DNA of 64,000 nt from an uncultured Gammaproteobacteria bacterium (GTDB lineage Bacteria > Patescibacteriota > Patescibacteriia > S139-126), in contig CAZUKA010000002.1 in assembly GCA_964620905.1 (NCBI GenBank), forward strand, positions 191,112-255,111. Direction: 5' to 3'. A program made the translations under genes and the position numbers. This document shows positions 30,899-40,608 of this stretch, piece by piece. The notes beneath the pieces were generated by a model. The model was not told the origin of the DNA. It saw only the letters and a program-made list of their open reading frames with translations, and did no database searches. Position 1 is the first letter of the stretch, and every line of letters starts with the position of its first letter.

Positions 30899-31390
30899 TT
30901 AGAAAATAAATTTTTCCATAATACTGGCCAAGGCAACCTGGAGTTTTTTTGAAATATAAATAATTTCATCATTGGACAAGAAGCTTTTTTTATTTTTTGC
31001 CAGTTCAAAAATTTTCGGACCCTTATATTCTGTTAGTAGGTTTTTTATGGGTATGATATGCCAATGAATGTGTTCAAAACCAATTTTTTCAGAAAATTGG
31101 CAAACATATTCTTTATCAGGATTGAATTCCAACTTAAGTAAGTTGATTATTTCTTTCAACAAAATACTAAATTCAAACCATTCTTCATCATTGAGTTTAT
31201 CTAAAGACGTACAATGTCTGTTTAATATTAAAACTACCCAACCGAGAAGAGGTGATTGATCCTTATGTTTCAACGTCCAGTAGGTAGTTTTTAAAATTGT
31301 TCGGTCAGAATTTATTTTATTGATCTCTGTCAATGATAAACAGCTCAAACATTTATTCTCCACTATTTTATTCTCCTTTTTAATTAACAA
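30899..31390 (-). CDS. HIT family hydrolase
   Basis: HIHWHIIP histidine triad; N-terminal CxxC. Confidence 0.85.
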   Translation of the reverse strand: MLIKKENKIVENKCLSCLSLTEINKINSDRTILKTTYWTLKHKDQSPLLGWVVLILNRHCTSLDKLNDEEWFEFSILLKEIINLLKLEFNPDKEYVCQFSEKIGFEHIHWHIIPIKNLLTEYKGPKIFELAKNKKSFLSNDEIIYISKKLQVALASIMEKFIF

Positions 31391-31464
31391 AATTAAAATA
31401 GATTAACAATTTTTTACCAATTTGTCAATATGACTTTTCTAGAACTTTTGTTTATAATTAGGTT

Positions 31465-31785
31465 ATGAAGCTGTCAAGTTTACAAAGGTTTATTTTGAAA
31501 AAAGTTTATTTAAACGGGCGAATAAAAGTTGCCAGGCAAGTATTTATTGCTTATTATGAACATCAAAAAAATCCACCGCAACCAAAAATACAGGTTAGTA
31601 TTATTACCCAAAGTTTAGAACGGTTAATTGATAAAGGACTAGTGATTGGTTTTGGTCGTAAAACTCAAGAGAAGTTGTTTATTGATACCGTGCAGCTAAC
31701 TGCCACAGGGAAAAAAGTTGCCAAAAAAGTAGTAGGACAACAAATTTCTTTACCTTTTCCCACCCGATCGAAAATAAAAAAATAA
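31465..31785 (+). CDS. Hypothetical basic protein, possible winged helix
   Basis: SLERLIDKGLV...LTATGK pattern; TATAAT 6 nt before ATG. Confidence 0.6.
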   Translation: MKLSSLQRFILKKVYLNGRIKVARQVFIAYYEHQKNPPQPKIQVSIITQSLERLIDKGLVIGFGRKTQEKLFIDTVQLTATGKKVAKKVVGQQISLPFPTRSKIKK

Positions 31786-31803
31786 TTATTAACCACTAAA
31801 CAT

Positions 31804-32355
31804 ATGATTCCACAAAAAGTTATAAACTATTTAGAAAAAAACAGTGTTAAATTTGAACCAATTTCTCATCGGCAGGTTTACACCGCACATGATTTAGCTA
31901 TGACACTACACATTCAGCATGCTGAAATTGCTAAAAGTTTATTGATGAAGGCAGACAACAATTATATTTTGGCGGTAATACCGGCTGATAAAAATTTAGA
32001 TATGAAAAAGTTGGCAAAATTGGCTATGGTGAAAAATATTGCCATGCCCAAAGAAAAAGTGATGACTGAAAGATTTAAAGTCAAACCGGGGGCACTACCG
32101 GCTTTCGGGGGTTTATATAAGTTATCGGTTTATGTTGATAGATTGATTTTAAAACAAAAAAAGATTTTATTGTCATCGGGTAGTTTCGTGGATAGTATTA
32201 TTATGAAACCCAGTGATTATATGAAATTGGAACAGGCAATAACAGGTAGTTTCTCAGTCAGTAAAAAATTCAAAAAACCAACCATTGCTAAACCCGGACG
32301 AAAAGTAAAAGTGAAAAAAACAACTAAGAAAGCCAAAAGTAAAAGTCAACGGTAA
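31804..32355 (+). CDS. YbaK/EbsC family aminoacyl-tRNA deacylase with Lys-rich tail
   Basis: H..VYTA, IAKSLL, GALPAFG. Confidence 0.85.
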   Translation: MIPQKVINYLEKNSVKFEPISHRQVYTAHDLAMTLHIQHAEIAKSLLMKADNNYILAVIPADKNLDMKKLAKLAMVKNIAMPKEKVMTERFKVKPGALPAFGGLYKLSVYVDRLILKQKKILLSSGSFVDSIIMKPSDYMKLEQAITGSFSVSKKFKKPTIAKPGRKVKVKKTTKKAKSKSQR

Positions 32356-32526
32356 AAGCTAATTTTAATTTTAGAATTGTTTAAAATAGCAGAATATTCT
32401 GACAGGGTTTTTTATTGTCTAAATCAAGCAAACAAACTTTTAAAATTTCAGAAAATATGATAAAATAAATTTAGTTTCCCCGTGCTGAAATTAGTGAAAA
32501 TTGGCTAATTTTAGCCAATTTTATTT

Positions 32527-33240
32527 ATGACCGAAAAACAAATAAAATTAGAACAATTTGAAGGCCCATTGGGCTTACTTTTGGAATTGATAGAACAAGA
32601 ACAGCTTGATATTACTGATTTATCGTTGGCAAAAGTAACTGATCAATATATTGCTATTTTGGAAGCACAAACCGAATTACACCCTGAAGAAATTGCTGAT
32701 TTTCTATTGGTTGCGGCTAAACTTTTATATTTAAAATCCAAAATATTTTCTCCGGACTATTTTACCACTGTCCCTGAGACAGAAGAAACTGATTTAGCGC
32801 GCCAACTGCGTTTATATCAAACTTATTTGCAGGTAGCTAAACAATTACAGAAACGTTGGCGCAGTGATAGTTATTTTTATTCACGACTCAAACCTTGGCG
32901 CTGGCCACAAAAAAAATTTATTGCCCCCATTGGCTTACAAGCAGCTGATTTGGTTGTTTTAATGCAAGACGTCTTGGCACAGTTGGCACCGATTGCTCGT
33001 ATAAAAATTAAGAAGATTAAAAATGTCATTAGTATTAAAGAGAAAATAGAACAAATAAAAAATTTTATTTTCAGCCGTCAGTCGTTTGCTTGGAATGAGT
33101 TGGTCGGTAAAACAGTTACTAAAACGGAAAGAATAGTAAGCTTTTTGGCGATTCTGGAATTAGTCAAACAACGCGAAGTTGCTGTTTATCAAGAAACAAT
33201 TTTTGCCAATTTTACTATTAGTAAAAACAATAAAGATTAA
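32527..33240 (+). CDS. scpA: Segregation/condensation protein A
   Basis: FEGPLGLLLELI, FLLVAAKLLYLKSK, SFLAILELVK. Confidence 0.93.
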   Translation: MTEKQIKLEQFEGPLGLLLELIEQEQLDITDLSLAKVTDQYIAILEAQTELHPEEIADFLLVAAKLLYLKSKIFSPDYFTTVPETEETDLARQLRLYQTYLQVAKQLQKRWRSDSYFYSRLKPWRWPQKKFIAPIGLQAADLVVLMQDVLAQLAPIARIKIKKIKNVISIKEKIEQIKNFIFSRQSFAWNELVGKTVTKTERIVSFLAILELVKQREVAVYQETIFANFTISKNNKD

Positions 33241-33242
33241 TT

Positions 33243-33833
33243 ATGGCTAAAAACGAACATTTATTGAGAATTCAAACTATATTACTTTTGTCGCATAAAC
33301 CAGTACGATTTAAAGAACTAGCTGAGGTGTTAGGTGTTGACAGTGGGCAAGTTAAACAATATTTGAACGAATTGCGAACACAATTTAATACCCCGGATTC
33401 TGGTTGGTGGGTAGTAGAAAATAATGACGCAGTGCAGTTGGTAACCAATCCATCACAGGCTGATTTTATTGAAAGTTATTTGGAAGTAGAACAGATGTCA
33501 GATTTAACTCGTCCTGCCTTAGAAGCTTTAACTATCATTTCTTACAACGGTCCAATCGCTAAATCAACTCTGGATCGTATTCGGGGAGTTAATTGTGCTT
33601 TGATTTTACGTAATTTGATGATTAAGGGTTTAATTGAAGAAGTCACCAGCAATGGCGAAAAAAAATATCAGGTGACTATGGATTTTCTCAAACATTTAGG
33701 CCTAGCTGATATTGGTGAATTACCCGAGTATGACAAATTTCATCAGCACGAGTTTATTCAAACCATTGCTCAGTCAACTGCTGAAGATTTTGATGACCAC
33801 AACTTAGATAATAATAACACTGACAAAAATTAG
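33243..33833 (+). CDS. scpB: Segregation/condensation protein B
   Basis: LTRPALEALTIISY..PI...IRGVNC, FLKHLGL..L.ELP. Confidence 0.93.
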   Translation: MAKNEHLLRIQTILLLSHKPVRFKELAEVLGVDSGQVKQYLNELRTQFNTPDSGWWVVENNDAVQLVTNPSQADFIESYLEVEQMSDLTRPALEALTIISYNGPIAKSTLDRIRGVNCALILRNLMIKGLIEEVTSNGEKKYQVTMDFLKHLGLADIGELPEYDKFHQHEFIQTIAQSTAEDFDDHNLDNNNTDKN

Positions 33834-33835
33834 TT

Positions 33836-34699
33836 ATGTGGCAATTTCTAACGGTCTTATTATTAGGAGGATTATTAATTGCTCCTGGACAAGATCAGTT
33901 GATTCTGAATAGTGATAATAATTTACCCTGGCGCGATTTTTCTAATCGTAGTACTGGTGTAGCAATAACCGCTCGTTCGGCTTTGGTAGTAGATAAAGAA
34001 ACTGATCAGATTTTATATAGTCAGGCAGCTGATCAGATTTCACCCCTGGCTAGTATTACCAAGTTGATGACCGCAATAGTTTTTTTGCAAACTAGTCCTG
34101 ATTGGCAAGCCACAGTTACTATGGAACCGCGAGACGAGGTTTATCGACCAAAATATGTTTACCGCGGCGAAGAGATTAGTGTACAGGATTTGTTTTGGAC
34201 CATGTTGATTGGTTCTGATAATAATGCCGCTGTCGCGTTGGTTCGTTCGACCGGTTTGACCATTGATGAATTTGTGAAAAAAATGAATGAGCAGGCAGCT
34301 ATTTTTGGTTTAGAAAATACCACCTTTGTCGACCCAACCGGTTTGTCAGCAGAAAATTTATCAACCGCCTATGATGTTTGGCGCCTAGCCAAAACTGCCT
34401 GGCAGTATGAGGAAATTTCACAACCTACTGCTCGTAATGATTTTTTGTTGACAGTGCAAAACACCAACAGTGTCCGTAGTGTCATCAACACGAATAAGTT
34501 GTTAGACAGTTTTTTGCATGTTTTGGCTGGTAAAACTGGATATATTGATGAGGCGGGTTATTGTTTGGTGGCTTTGGTGAATAGCGAACAGAACAACCAA
34601 ATTATTACTATTGTAATGGGTAGTAAAAGTGAAGCTGATCGTTGGCAGGATGCTAAGGCTTTGGCTTGGTGGGTATTTTCCAATTGGCAGTGGCGTTAG
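33836..34699 (+). CDS. D-alanyl-D-alanine carboxypeptidase (S11)
   Basis: ASITKLMT, SDN, DPTGL, GKTGY. Confidence 0.92.
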   Translation: MWQFLTVLLLGGLLIAPGQDQLILNSDNNLPWRDFSNRSTGVAITARSALVVDKETDQILYSQAADQISPLASITKLMTAIVFLQTSPDWQATVTMEPRDEVYRPKYVYRGEEISVQDLFWTMLIGSDNNAAVALVRSTGLTIDEFVKKMNEQAAIFGLENTTFVDPTGLSAENLSTAYDVWRLAKTAWQYEEISQPTARNDFLLTVQNTNSVRSVINTNKLLDSFLHVLAGKTGYIDEAGYCLVALVNSEQNNQIITIVMGSKSEADRWQDAKALAWWVFSNWQWR

Positions 34700-34748
34700 G
34701 TTGCCTTTTTGACTTTAATTTATTAAACTATCATTGTTATAAAAATCG

Positions 34749-35513
34749 ATGAAATATCTTATAGCTAATTGGAAGATGAATCTGACAGCGGCTGAAGGGC
34801 AGACGCACGTCAGAAAAATTTTGAAAAATATCACCCCTTATTTAGACCAGGTTAAAACTGTAGTTTGTCCTAGTTTTGTGGCTTTAGCAAAAATAGCTGA
34901 GATTATTGCTAATACCAATGTTTCTTTGGGCGCACAAAACAGTTTTTGGATGGAAAATGGTAGTTTTACCGGTGAAGTCTCACCAACTATGCTCAAAGAA
35001 TTTGGAGTTGAATATGTAATAATTGGTCATTCAGAAAGAAGACAGAATTTGCAAGAAACAGAGGAAATAATCAATAAAAAAATGCAAGCAGTTTTACGTG
35101 CTGGCTTGATTCCCATTTTATGTGTAGGTGAGACTTTTTCTGAAAGGCAGTTGGGACGAAAAGATTTTGTACTGGCTGGCCAAGTGGAAAGTGCTTTAAA
35201 AAATATTCAGTTGCAAAATAAAAAAATATTGATTGCTTACGAACCAGTTTGGGTAATTGGTAGTGGTCAAGCAGTAAAAATTGATGATGCGGAACATGCT
35301 GCTCGGGTAATCAAGCAAGTGGTGATGGATTTATATTCTGATTTGGAGGTTAAAGACATGGTTCAGGTGATTTATGGTGGTAGTGTAGAGGCAAAAAATA
35401 TTGTGCCTTTTATTTCTTCAACTTTATTGGCTGGAGTTTTGGTCGGTGGGGCAAGTTTGGACGTTGATGAGTTTAGCCAATTGGCTAAATTGATGGCTGA
35501 AATTAAAATTTAA
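34749..35513 (+). CDS. tpiA: Triosephosphate isomerase
   Basis: ANWKMN, GHSERR, AYEPVW, YGGSV, LVGGASL. Confidence 0.97.
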   Translation: MKYLIANWKMNLTAAEGQTHVRKILKNITPYLDQVKTVVCPSFVALAKIAEIIANTNVSLGAQNSFWMENGSFTGEVSPTMLKEFGVEYVIIGHSERRQNLQETEEIINKKMQAVLRAGLIPILCVGETFSERQLGRKDFVLAGQVESALKNIQLQNKKILIAYEPVWVIGSGQAVKIDDAEHAARVIKQVVMDLYSDLEVKDMVQVIYGGSVEAKNIVPFISSTLLAGVLVGGASLDVDEFSQLAKLMAEIKI

Positions 35514-35517
35514 CATT

Positions 35518-36375
35518 ATGTTAGTTCACATCAAGGAAATAATAAACAAAGCAGTAGACGGAAAATATTGTGTTGGTGCTTATAATATTCACAATCTAGA
35601 AACGGCGCTGGCTGTAGTGCAAGCGGCAGCAGCCATGAAATCCCCGGCTATTATTCAGGTATCAGAAAGCGCGGCTAAATATATGGGACTTCAAACAGTT
35701 TATCGGTTAGTGGAAAGTTTAGCCGAGACAGTTGGTGCGGAAGTGCCCTTGGCGATACATTTGGATCACGGAAAAAATATTGATTTTCTTTTTGCTTGTC
35801 TAAATGTCGGTTTTCAATCAGTTCATATGGATGGTTCTGATTTACCATTGGCAGAAAATATTTCCTTGACTAAGCAGGCGGTAGATTTTGCCCATCAGCG
35901 AGGTGTTTGGGTACAAGGCGAAGTAGGTGCGCTGTTGGGTGGTCATGGAGCAAGTGGGAGATTAGACAAAGACATTCCTTTAGCTGATCCGCTGGAGGTA
36001 AAAAAATTTGTTGCCGCTACCGGTGTAGATACAATCGCTGCAGCTATCGGCACGGCTCACGGCAGTTGGCAGGAAGAAAATATCAATTTAGATTTATTGA
36101 CCGCGATAAAACAAGAAATTGGTGCTATCCCCTTTGTTTTACATGGCGGCAGTGGTAATGATGAAAATTTACTTAGCCAAGCAATTCGTTTGGGAGTCAA
36201 TATTATCAATATCGGTACAGATATAAAAATTGGTTTTACTCAGACAGTGATCAAACAAGCCCAAACCAATCCAACCGAAACCGATCCGAGAAAATTACTT
36301 TCTCCAGCAATCACCGTCGTGCAAGATTTAGTAATGGCTAAGATGAAACTGTTTGGTAGTGTAGATAAAGCTTAA
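35518..36375 (+). CDS. fba: Class II fructose-bisphosphate aldolase
   Basis: HLDHG, DGS, AIGTAHG, VLHGGSG, NIGTD, DPR. Confidence 0.93.
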   Translation: MLVHIKEIINKAVDGKYCVGAYNIHNLETALAVVQAAAAMKSPAIIQVSESAAKYMGLQTVYRLVESLAETVGAEVPLAIHLDHGKNIDFLFACLNVGFQSVHMDGSDLPLAENISLTKQAVDFAHQRGVWVQGEVGALLGGHGASGRLDKDIPLADPLEVKKFVAATGVDTIAAAIGTAHGSWQEENINLDLLTAIKQEIGAIPFVLHGGSGNDENLLSQAIRLGVNIINIGTDIKIGFTQTVIKQAQTNPTETDPRKLLSPAITVVQDLVMAKMKLFGSVDKA

Positions 36376-36387
36376 TTTTAAATATTT

Positions 36388-37287
36388 ATGTTGTGGTACG
36401 AAATCGTTTTAGCGTTGGTAGCTATTGTTTCTTTGGCAGGAGTATTGATTTTATTGATCAAAAAATTTCCTTTGGCAGCTAGAGTAGATGTACAAAATTT
36501 AAGTGAAACCAAACAATCAGTCACAAAAAAATATGTATTGGACCAGCGTTTACGGCGTTTGCTTTTGGAAAATACAAAAATATTTCGTGCCCAGATTAAA
36601 AAATTATTTAAAACTTTAAAAAATATTTTAGTAAGTTTGTATAATGATTTATTGGACAAAGAAAAACAACTTCTCAACAAGCGTCGTCAAGCACGATCAG
36701 CAGCTACAGTCGGGATGAATTCTTTGCAACAACGACTAGATAATTTATTGACTCAGGCTGGGGAACATCTTAAAAAAGACGAATTTTCTGAGGCTGAAAA
36801 AAATTTTTTGGAAGTAATTTCACTTGACCCTAAAAACATAGCCGCCTTTGAGGGGTTAGGTGATATGTATTTGAATTTGAAAAAGTATAATGAAGCCAAG
36901 GAAGTTTTTGAATATTTATTGAAATTAAGTAGTGCCGAGTCTCATTTTCATGATAAATTGGGCCAAGTAGCCAAAGCGCAAGGTCACTTGCAGGAAGCCG
37001 AGGCGCAATTACGTTTATCTGTAGAAATGAGTAACCAAAATGCTAGCTATTTGTATGATTTGGCTGAAGTTTTTGTATTGGAAGGTGAGTATGATCAGGC
37101 TGTAGTTTATTTTGAAAAAGCTTTAAGTCTAGAACCAAAAAATCCAAAATATCTTGACGCCCTTTTAAATATCAGTATAATAAGAAAGGACAAAGTTAGA
37201 GCCGTTCAAATTTTGAATGTATTGATGGAAGTAAATCCGGAAAATCAAAAAATTTCTGAGTGGCAGGAACAAATTGATAATCTTTGA
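36388..37287 (+). CDS. Membrane-anchored TPR protein
   Basis: N-terminal TM; repeated TPR motifs (LDPKN, LEPKNPKYLD, NPEN). Confidence 0.85.
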   Translation: MLWYEIVLALVAIVSLAGVLILLIKKFPLAARVDVQNLSETKQSVTKKYVLDQRLRRLLLENTKIFRAQIKKLFKTLKNILVSLYNDLLDKEKQLLNKRRQARSAATVGMNSLQQRLDNLLTQAGEHLKKDEFSEAEKNFLEVISLDPKNIAAFEGLGDMYLNLKKYNEAKEVFEYLLKLSSAESHFHDKLGQVAKAQGHLQEAEAQLRLSVEMSNQNASYLYDLAEVFVLEGEYDQAVVYFEKALSLEPKNPKYLDALLNISIIRKDKVRAVQILNVLMEVNPENQKISEWQEQIDNL

Positions 37288-37366
37288 AGATCGAGTCTTG
37301 AATCTTGAGTATTGAATTTATAAAATTTATTCAAAATTCAATATTCTATATTTTAGGTTCTATTTA

Positions 37367-37442
37367 GCCGATGTAGCTCAGTTGGTAGAGCAACTCCATG
37401 GTAAGGAGTAGGTCCGCAGTTCAAATCTGCGCATCGGCTCCA
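37367..37442 (+). tRNA. tRNA-Thr(GGT)
   Basis: GCCGATG/CATCGGC; ACTCC-ATGGTAA-GGAGT; CCA. Confidence 0.94.
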
Positions 37443-37490
37443 TTTGTTTATTTGGTTAGATTTTGGTCTAGAATGCTTTATTTATATTTT

Positions 37491-37519
37491 ACCCCGCCCT
37501 TAGTGAAGGCGGGGTTTAC
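37491..37519 (+). terminator. GC-rich hairpin (terminator or REP-like)
   Basis: ACCCCGCC-9nt-GGCGGGGT followed by TTAC. Confidence 0.55.
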
Positions 37520-37580
37520 ACTTGAAATTTAGTTTAAATAATGTTATATTGTGATGGCTTATTTAAAAATATATCAATTC

Positions 37581-37666
37581 GGGTGGATACCGAAGTGGTC
37601 AAACGGGGCAGACTGTAAATCTGCTGGCTTACGCCTTCGTAGGTTCGATCCCTACTCCACCCACCA
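37581..37666 (+). tRNA. tRNA-Tyr(GTA)
   Basis: GGGTGGA/TCCACCC; GCAGA-CTGTAAA-TCTGC; long variable arm; CCA. Confidence 0.96.
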
Positions 37667-37667
37667 A

Positions 37668-37742
37668 GCCGAGATAGCTCAATGGTAGAGCAACGGTTTT
37701 GTAAACCGTAGGTTGGGGGTTCAATTCCTCTTCTCGGCTCCA
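37668..37742 (+). tRNA. tRNA-Thr(TGT)
   Basis: GCCGAGA/TCTCGGC; ACGGT-TTTGTAA-ACCGT; CCA. Confidence 0.95.
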
Positions 37743-37772
37743 GATTAGTTAAAAAATAAATTTATAAAAAAT

Positions 37773-37928
37773 ATGTCACAGGACAATTTGATTAAATTGG
37801 AATGCACCCAGTGTCATCATGTTAATTACCATTCGCACAAAAATAAAAAAACTTTGAAAGCGCGTTTGGAAATAAAAAAACACTGTCGCTGGTGTAAAAA
37901 ACACACCACCCATAAAGAAACTAAATAA
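37773..37928 (+). CDS. rpmG: 50S ribosomal protein L33 (Zn type); not in ORF track
   Basis: MSQDNLIKLECTQCHHVNYHSHKNKKTLKARLEIKKHCRWCKKHTTHKETK. Confidence 0.95.
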   Translation: MSQDNLIKLECTQCHHVNYHSHKNKKTLKARLEIKKHCRWCKKHTTHKETK

Positions 37929-37934
37929 TTTTTT

Positions 37935-38363
37935 ATGAATAAATATTTGTTTTTATTTACCGTTTTCACCACCTTGAGTTTAACCGGTTGTTTTTCTCTG
38001 CAGAAATTGGATCAGCAAGTCTTGGAAAAAAACCAGCAACTAGCAGATAAAGTTCAGCAGGAATTGGGTGAGGAAATTGCTGTACAGCAAGAACAAATAA
38101 AAGATAGAACCAAAGAAGTAGTTAAAACCGGAGCAGAAAAAACAATCTCTTTTATCGCTAAATCTTTGACCGATAGTGTGAAAGAAGAAATTGATCAATG
38201 GTTAGAAAGAAATGGTTTAAATCAGTACGGTGATCCCAAAGAGACCATGTATGCTGGCGGTACACCGTTATTTGACGAAACATCTGGTCAAACTAAGGAT
38301 AAATATGAATATATTTTAGAAAAAAATCCTGAGTTGATTGATGAATTAAATTTAGGTAAATAA
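37935..38363 (+). CDS. Hypothetical lipoprotein
   Basis: Lipobox LTGC; LNQYGDP...YAGGTPLFDE. Confidence 0.7.
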   Translation: MNKYLFLFTVFTTLSLTGCFSLQKLDQQVLEKNQQLADKVQQELGEEIAVQQEQIKDRTKEVVKTGAEKTISFIAKSLTDSVKEEIDQWLERNGLNQYGDPKETMYAGGTPLFDETSGQTKDKYEYILEKNPELIDELNLGK

Positions 38364-38459
38364 TCAATTATTTTTCCTGAAAATAATATACAAAAATAAT
38401 CTATCGTCGCTTAACATGCTTTATTAAAAAGATTAGGATTAAAATAAATTATTGTTGCT

Positions 38460-38534
38460 GGGGGCGTGGTGTCAATGGTAGCATGACGGTCTCCAAAACC
38501 GTTGGTTCGGGTTCAAATCCTGACGCCCCTGCCA
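38460..38534 (+). tRNA. tRNA-Trp(CCA)
   Basis: GGGGGCG/CGCCCCT; ACGGT-CTCCAAA-ACCGT; CCA. Confidence 0.94.
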
Positions 38535-38540
38535 AAAATA

Positions 38541-38664
38541 ATTTATTGAGGATCTCTACAAGCCCTGCACGTAGTTCGGGACAAAAATCCTGATACCTTT
38601 GCATAGATAGTGGAAAATAGGTCACCCACTCGCTGCTTTGGCGGGTTAAAAATTTTCAATAGGT
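38541..38664 (+). ncRNA. Candidate 6S-like RNA
   Basis: 13-bp closing stem 38541-53/38652-64; GGTCACCCAC-TCGC...GCGGGTT motif resembling the Firmicute 6S 3' central bubble. Confidence 0.45.
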
Positions 38665-38742
38665 AACCGATGTAAATAACCCACCAAAATTATGATGAGT
38701 TTTTATTTTCTTACTAATGAGTGGTTGAGGAAATAATTTAAA

Positions 38743-39183
38743 TTATTTTTCTTCTTGATAAGATTCAATTGTTTCAGCTTTTTTTACTGAGTATTTTTCA
38801 ATAAATGCCTTTTCATCACCATAATCTATAAAATGTTCATGATGTTTTGGTTGAATAAAGTTATTAACATTTTGATGTTTTATTCCACACCAATATTTTT
38901 CGGTTTGGGCGGCTATTTCACTGGCGTAAGCTAACCAACCATTTGCATAACCACAATAAACACAGCCGACTTTTTCCCAAAAACTCAAATAGGAAAGTTT
39001 ATGTCTATCAATGCGGATATATTTTTTTCTTTTGACCAAGGGAATTTTATAAATCGGGAAACTGGTAAAATGATATAATTCCAAAATAAAATCAGCTGCC
39101 ACCAGCCAAATAAGATTTGCCCAAATAAATGGCATGGTAATTAAATGTTTAAAAGCTCGCTCTGGATGTTTTCTTTGAAGCAT
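38743..39183 (-). CDS. Hypothetical membrane protein with Cys/His motifs
   Basis: IRIDRHKL.YL, CVYCGYANG, YWCGIKH. Confidence 0.7.
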   Translation of the reverse strand: MLQRKHPERAFKHLITMPFIWANLIWLVAADFILELYHFTSFPIYKIPLVKRKKYIRIDRHKLSYLSFWEKVGCVYCGYANGWLAYASEIAAQTEKYWCGIKHQNVNNFIQPKHHEHFIDYGDEKAFIEKYSVKKAETIESYQEEK

Positions 39184-39306
39184 ATTGTATTATAATTATT
39201 GGTACATTATTGATTAGTTGATAAATTTTGTCAATTAAACATTGACATACTTAAATTTATTTATTAAGTTAGATATACACATTTACAATTCAGTCAAGGA
39301 GTAGAC

Positions 39307-39510
39307 ATGAAACGGTTATTTTTTGTTCTTTTTCTTCTTCTTCTTTTTAGTCTGATAATATTGGCCCAACCGCAGTTGGAAAACAATTTAGATAATGATT
39401 TTCGGACTGTTAGTGATCTGGCCAAACAGATTGTTGGTTGGTTTTTTGCTATTTTGATAGTAATTTTTGGTCTTGGTGCCACTATTATGAATTTGGGTAG
39501 AAAAAAATAA
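39307..39510 (+). CDS. Small membrane protein (signal peptide plus TM, pilin-like layout)
   Basis: SD AAGGAG, upstream TTGACA, two hydrophobic segments. Confidence 0.6.
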   Translation: MKRLFFVLFLLLLFSLIILAQPQLENNLDNDFRTVSDLAKQIVGWFFAILIVIFGLGATIMNLGRKK

Positions 39511-39576
39511 AAAAACTTCTAATTCAGCTGAGCCATAACTATGGCTCTTTTTTATTTACCGGCTTATAATATTTTT

Positions 39577-40278
39577 ATGTATAAACAAATTAGTAGCGAA
39601 TTGAATAGTTTAAAAAATTCTAAAAAAGCCAAAGATTTAAGGTGGTTTTTTAAGACCGGTAAAGGTGAATATGGCGCCGGAGATAAATTTTTAGGTATTA
39701 CAGTTCCTGCACAAAGGCAAGTGGCAAAAAAATATTACCAAACCGCGAATTTAGCAGACATTAAAAAATTATTATTAAGCCCTTGGCACGAGTATCGGTT
39801 GGTGGGACTATTGCTTTTAACCTACCAGTATTCGGTTGTAAACAAAATAAAACAGGAAAAAATTTACCAATTTTATTTACAGAATACCAGATATATAAAT
39901 AATTGGGATTTGGTTGATTTATCAGCGTATAAAATTATTGGTCCGTGGTTATTTGCCAAAAAAGACAAAAATATATTATATAAACTTGCCAAGTCAAAAA
40001 ATATTTGGGAACGCCGGATTGCTGTGCTCACCACATTTTATTTTATCAAGCAAAATGATTTTACGGATACATTGAAATTGGCCAGGTTATTACTAACTGA
40101 TACTTACGACCTGATACATAAAGCCGTGGGCTGGATGCTACGAGAGATAGGTAAACGCGACCTGAGGATACTGATAGAATTTTTAGATAAATATTATAAA
40201 GTAATGCCCCGAACGATGTTACGCTATGCGATTGAGCGATTATCCGAAAGACAAAAAAATAAGTATATGAAAAAATAA
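39577..40278 (+). CDS. DNA alkylation repair protein (AlkD-like)
   Basis: FFKTGKGEYGAGDKFLG, NNWDLVD, WERR, IHKAVGWMLRE.GKR, MPRTMLRYAIE. Confidence 0.9.
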   Translation: MYKQISSELNSLKNSKKAKDLRWFFKTGKGEYGAGDKFLGITVPAQRQVAKKYYQTANLADIKKLLLSPWHEYRLVGLLLLTYQYSVVNKIKQEKIYQFYLQNTRYINNWDLVDLSAYKIIGPWLFAKKDKNILYKLAKSKNIWERRIAVLTTFYFIKQNDFTDTLKLARLLLTDTYDLIHKAVGWMLREIGKRDLRILIEFLDKYYKVMPRTMLRYAIERLSERQKNKYMKK

Positions 40279-40287
40279 AATAGGGAT

Positions 40288-40608
40288 TTAAAAAATCCCT
40301 ATTCGTGTGATGATAAAAAAATAAATCAACAGCACAATTATTTGTGCTAAGGCAAATGAACAAATACCGCTGTGCGGATTGGTATACAAATTACCACTAC
40401 TATCACGCCAGCCCCGGCCAAAATTACTAATCATAATTTCCGCTATTGAGTAAATAAACCCCAAAGATAAATAGTAAACAATAGCAGCCCTTAGCCACGA
40501 CCAAGTAGTAATAAAATATACTACTAAGCAAAATGAAGTAAAGAAAAATCCGGTTAGGAACCAAAATTTATCTAAGTGGGACAGAAAATTTTTTTTGGTT
40601 GCTCGCAT
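40288..40608 (-). CDS. Hypothetical membrane protein
   Basis: Three hydrophobic segments; ATG overlaps the upstream stop. Confidence 0.5.
   Translation of the reverse strand: MRATKKNFLSHLDKFWFLTGFFFTSFCLVVYFITTWSWLRAAIVYYLSLGFIYSIAEIMISNFGRGWRDSSGNLYTNPHSGICSFALAQIIVLLIYFFIITRIGIF

Noticed and set aside
32477-32486. Shared TCCCCGTGC motif with 53803 as a riboswitch
   Set aside because: Only 9 nt, with no shared surrounding structure.
38460-38534. Alternative genetic code 25 (UGA=Gly)
   Set aside because: secY, adk, lexA and sufC end at TGA at their normal lengths; conserved genes have no internal TGA.
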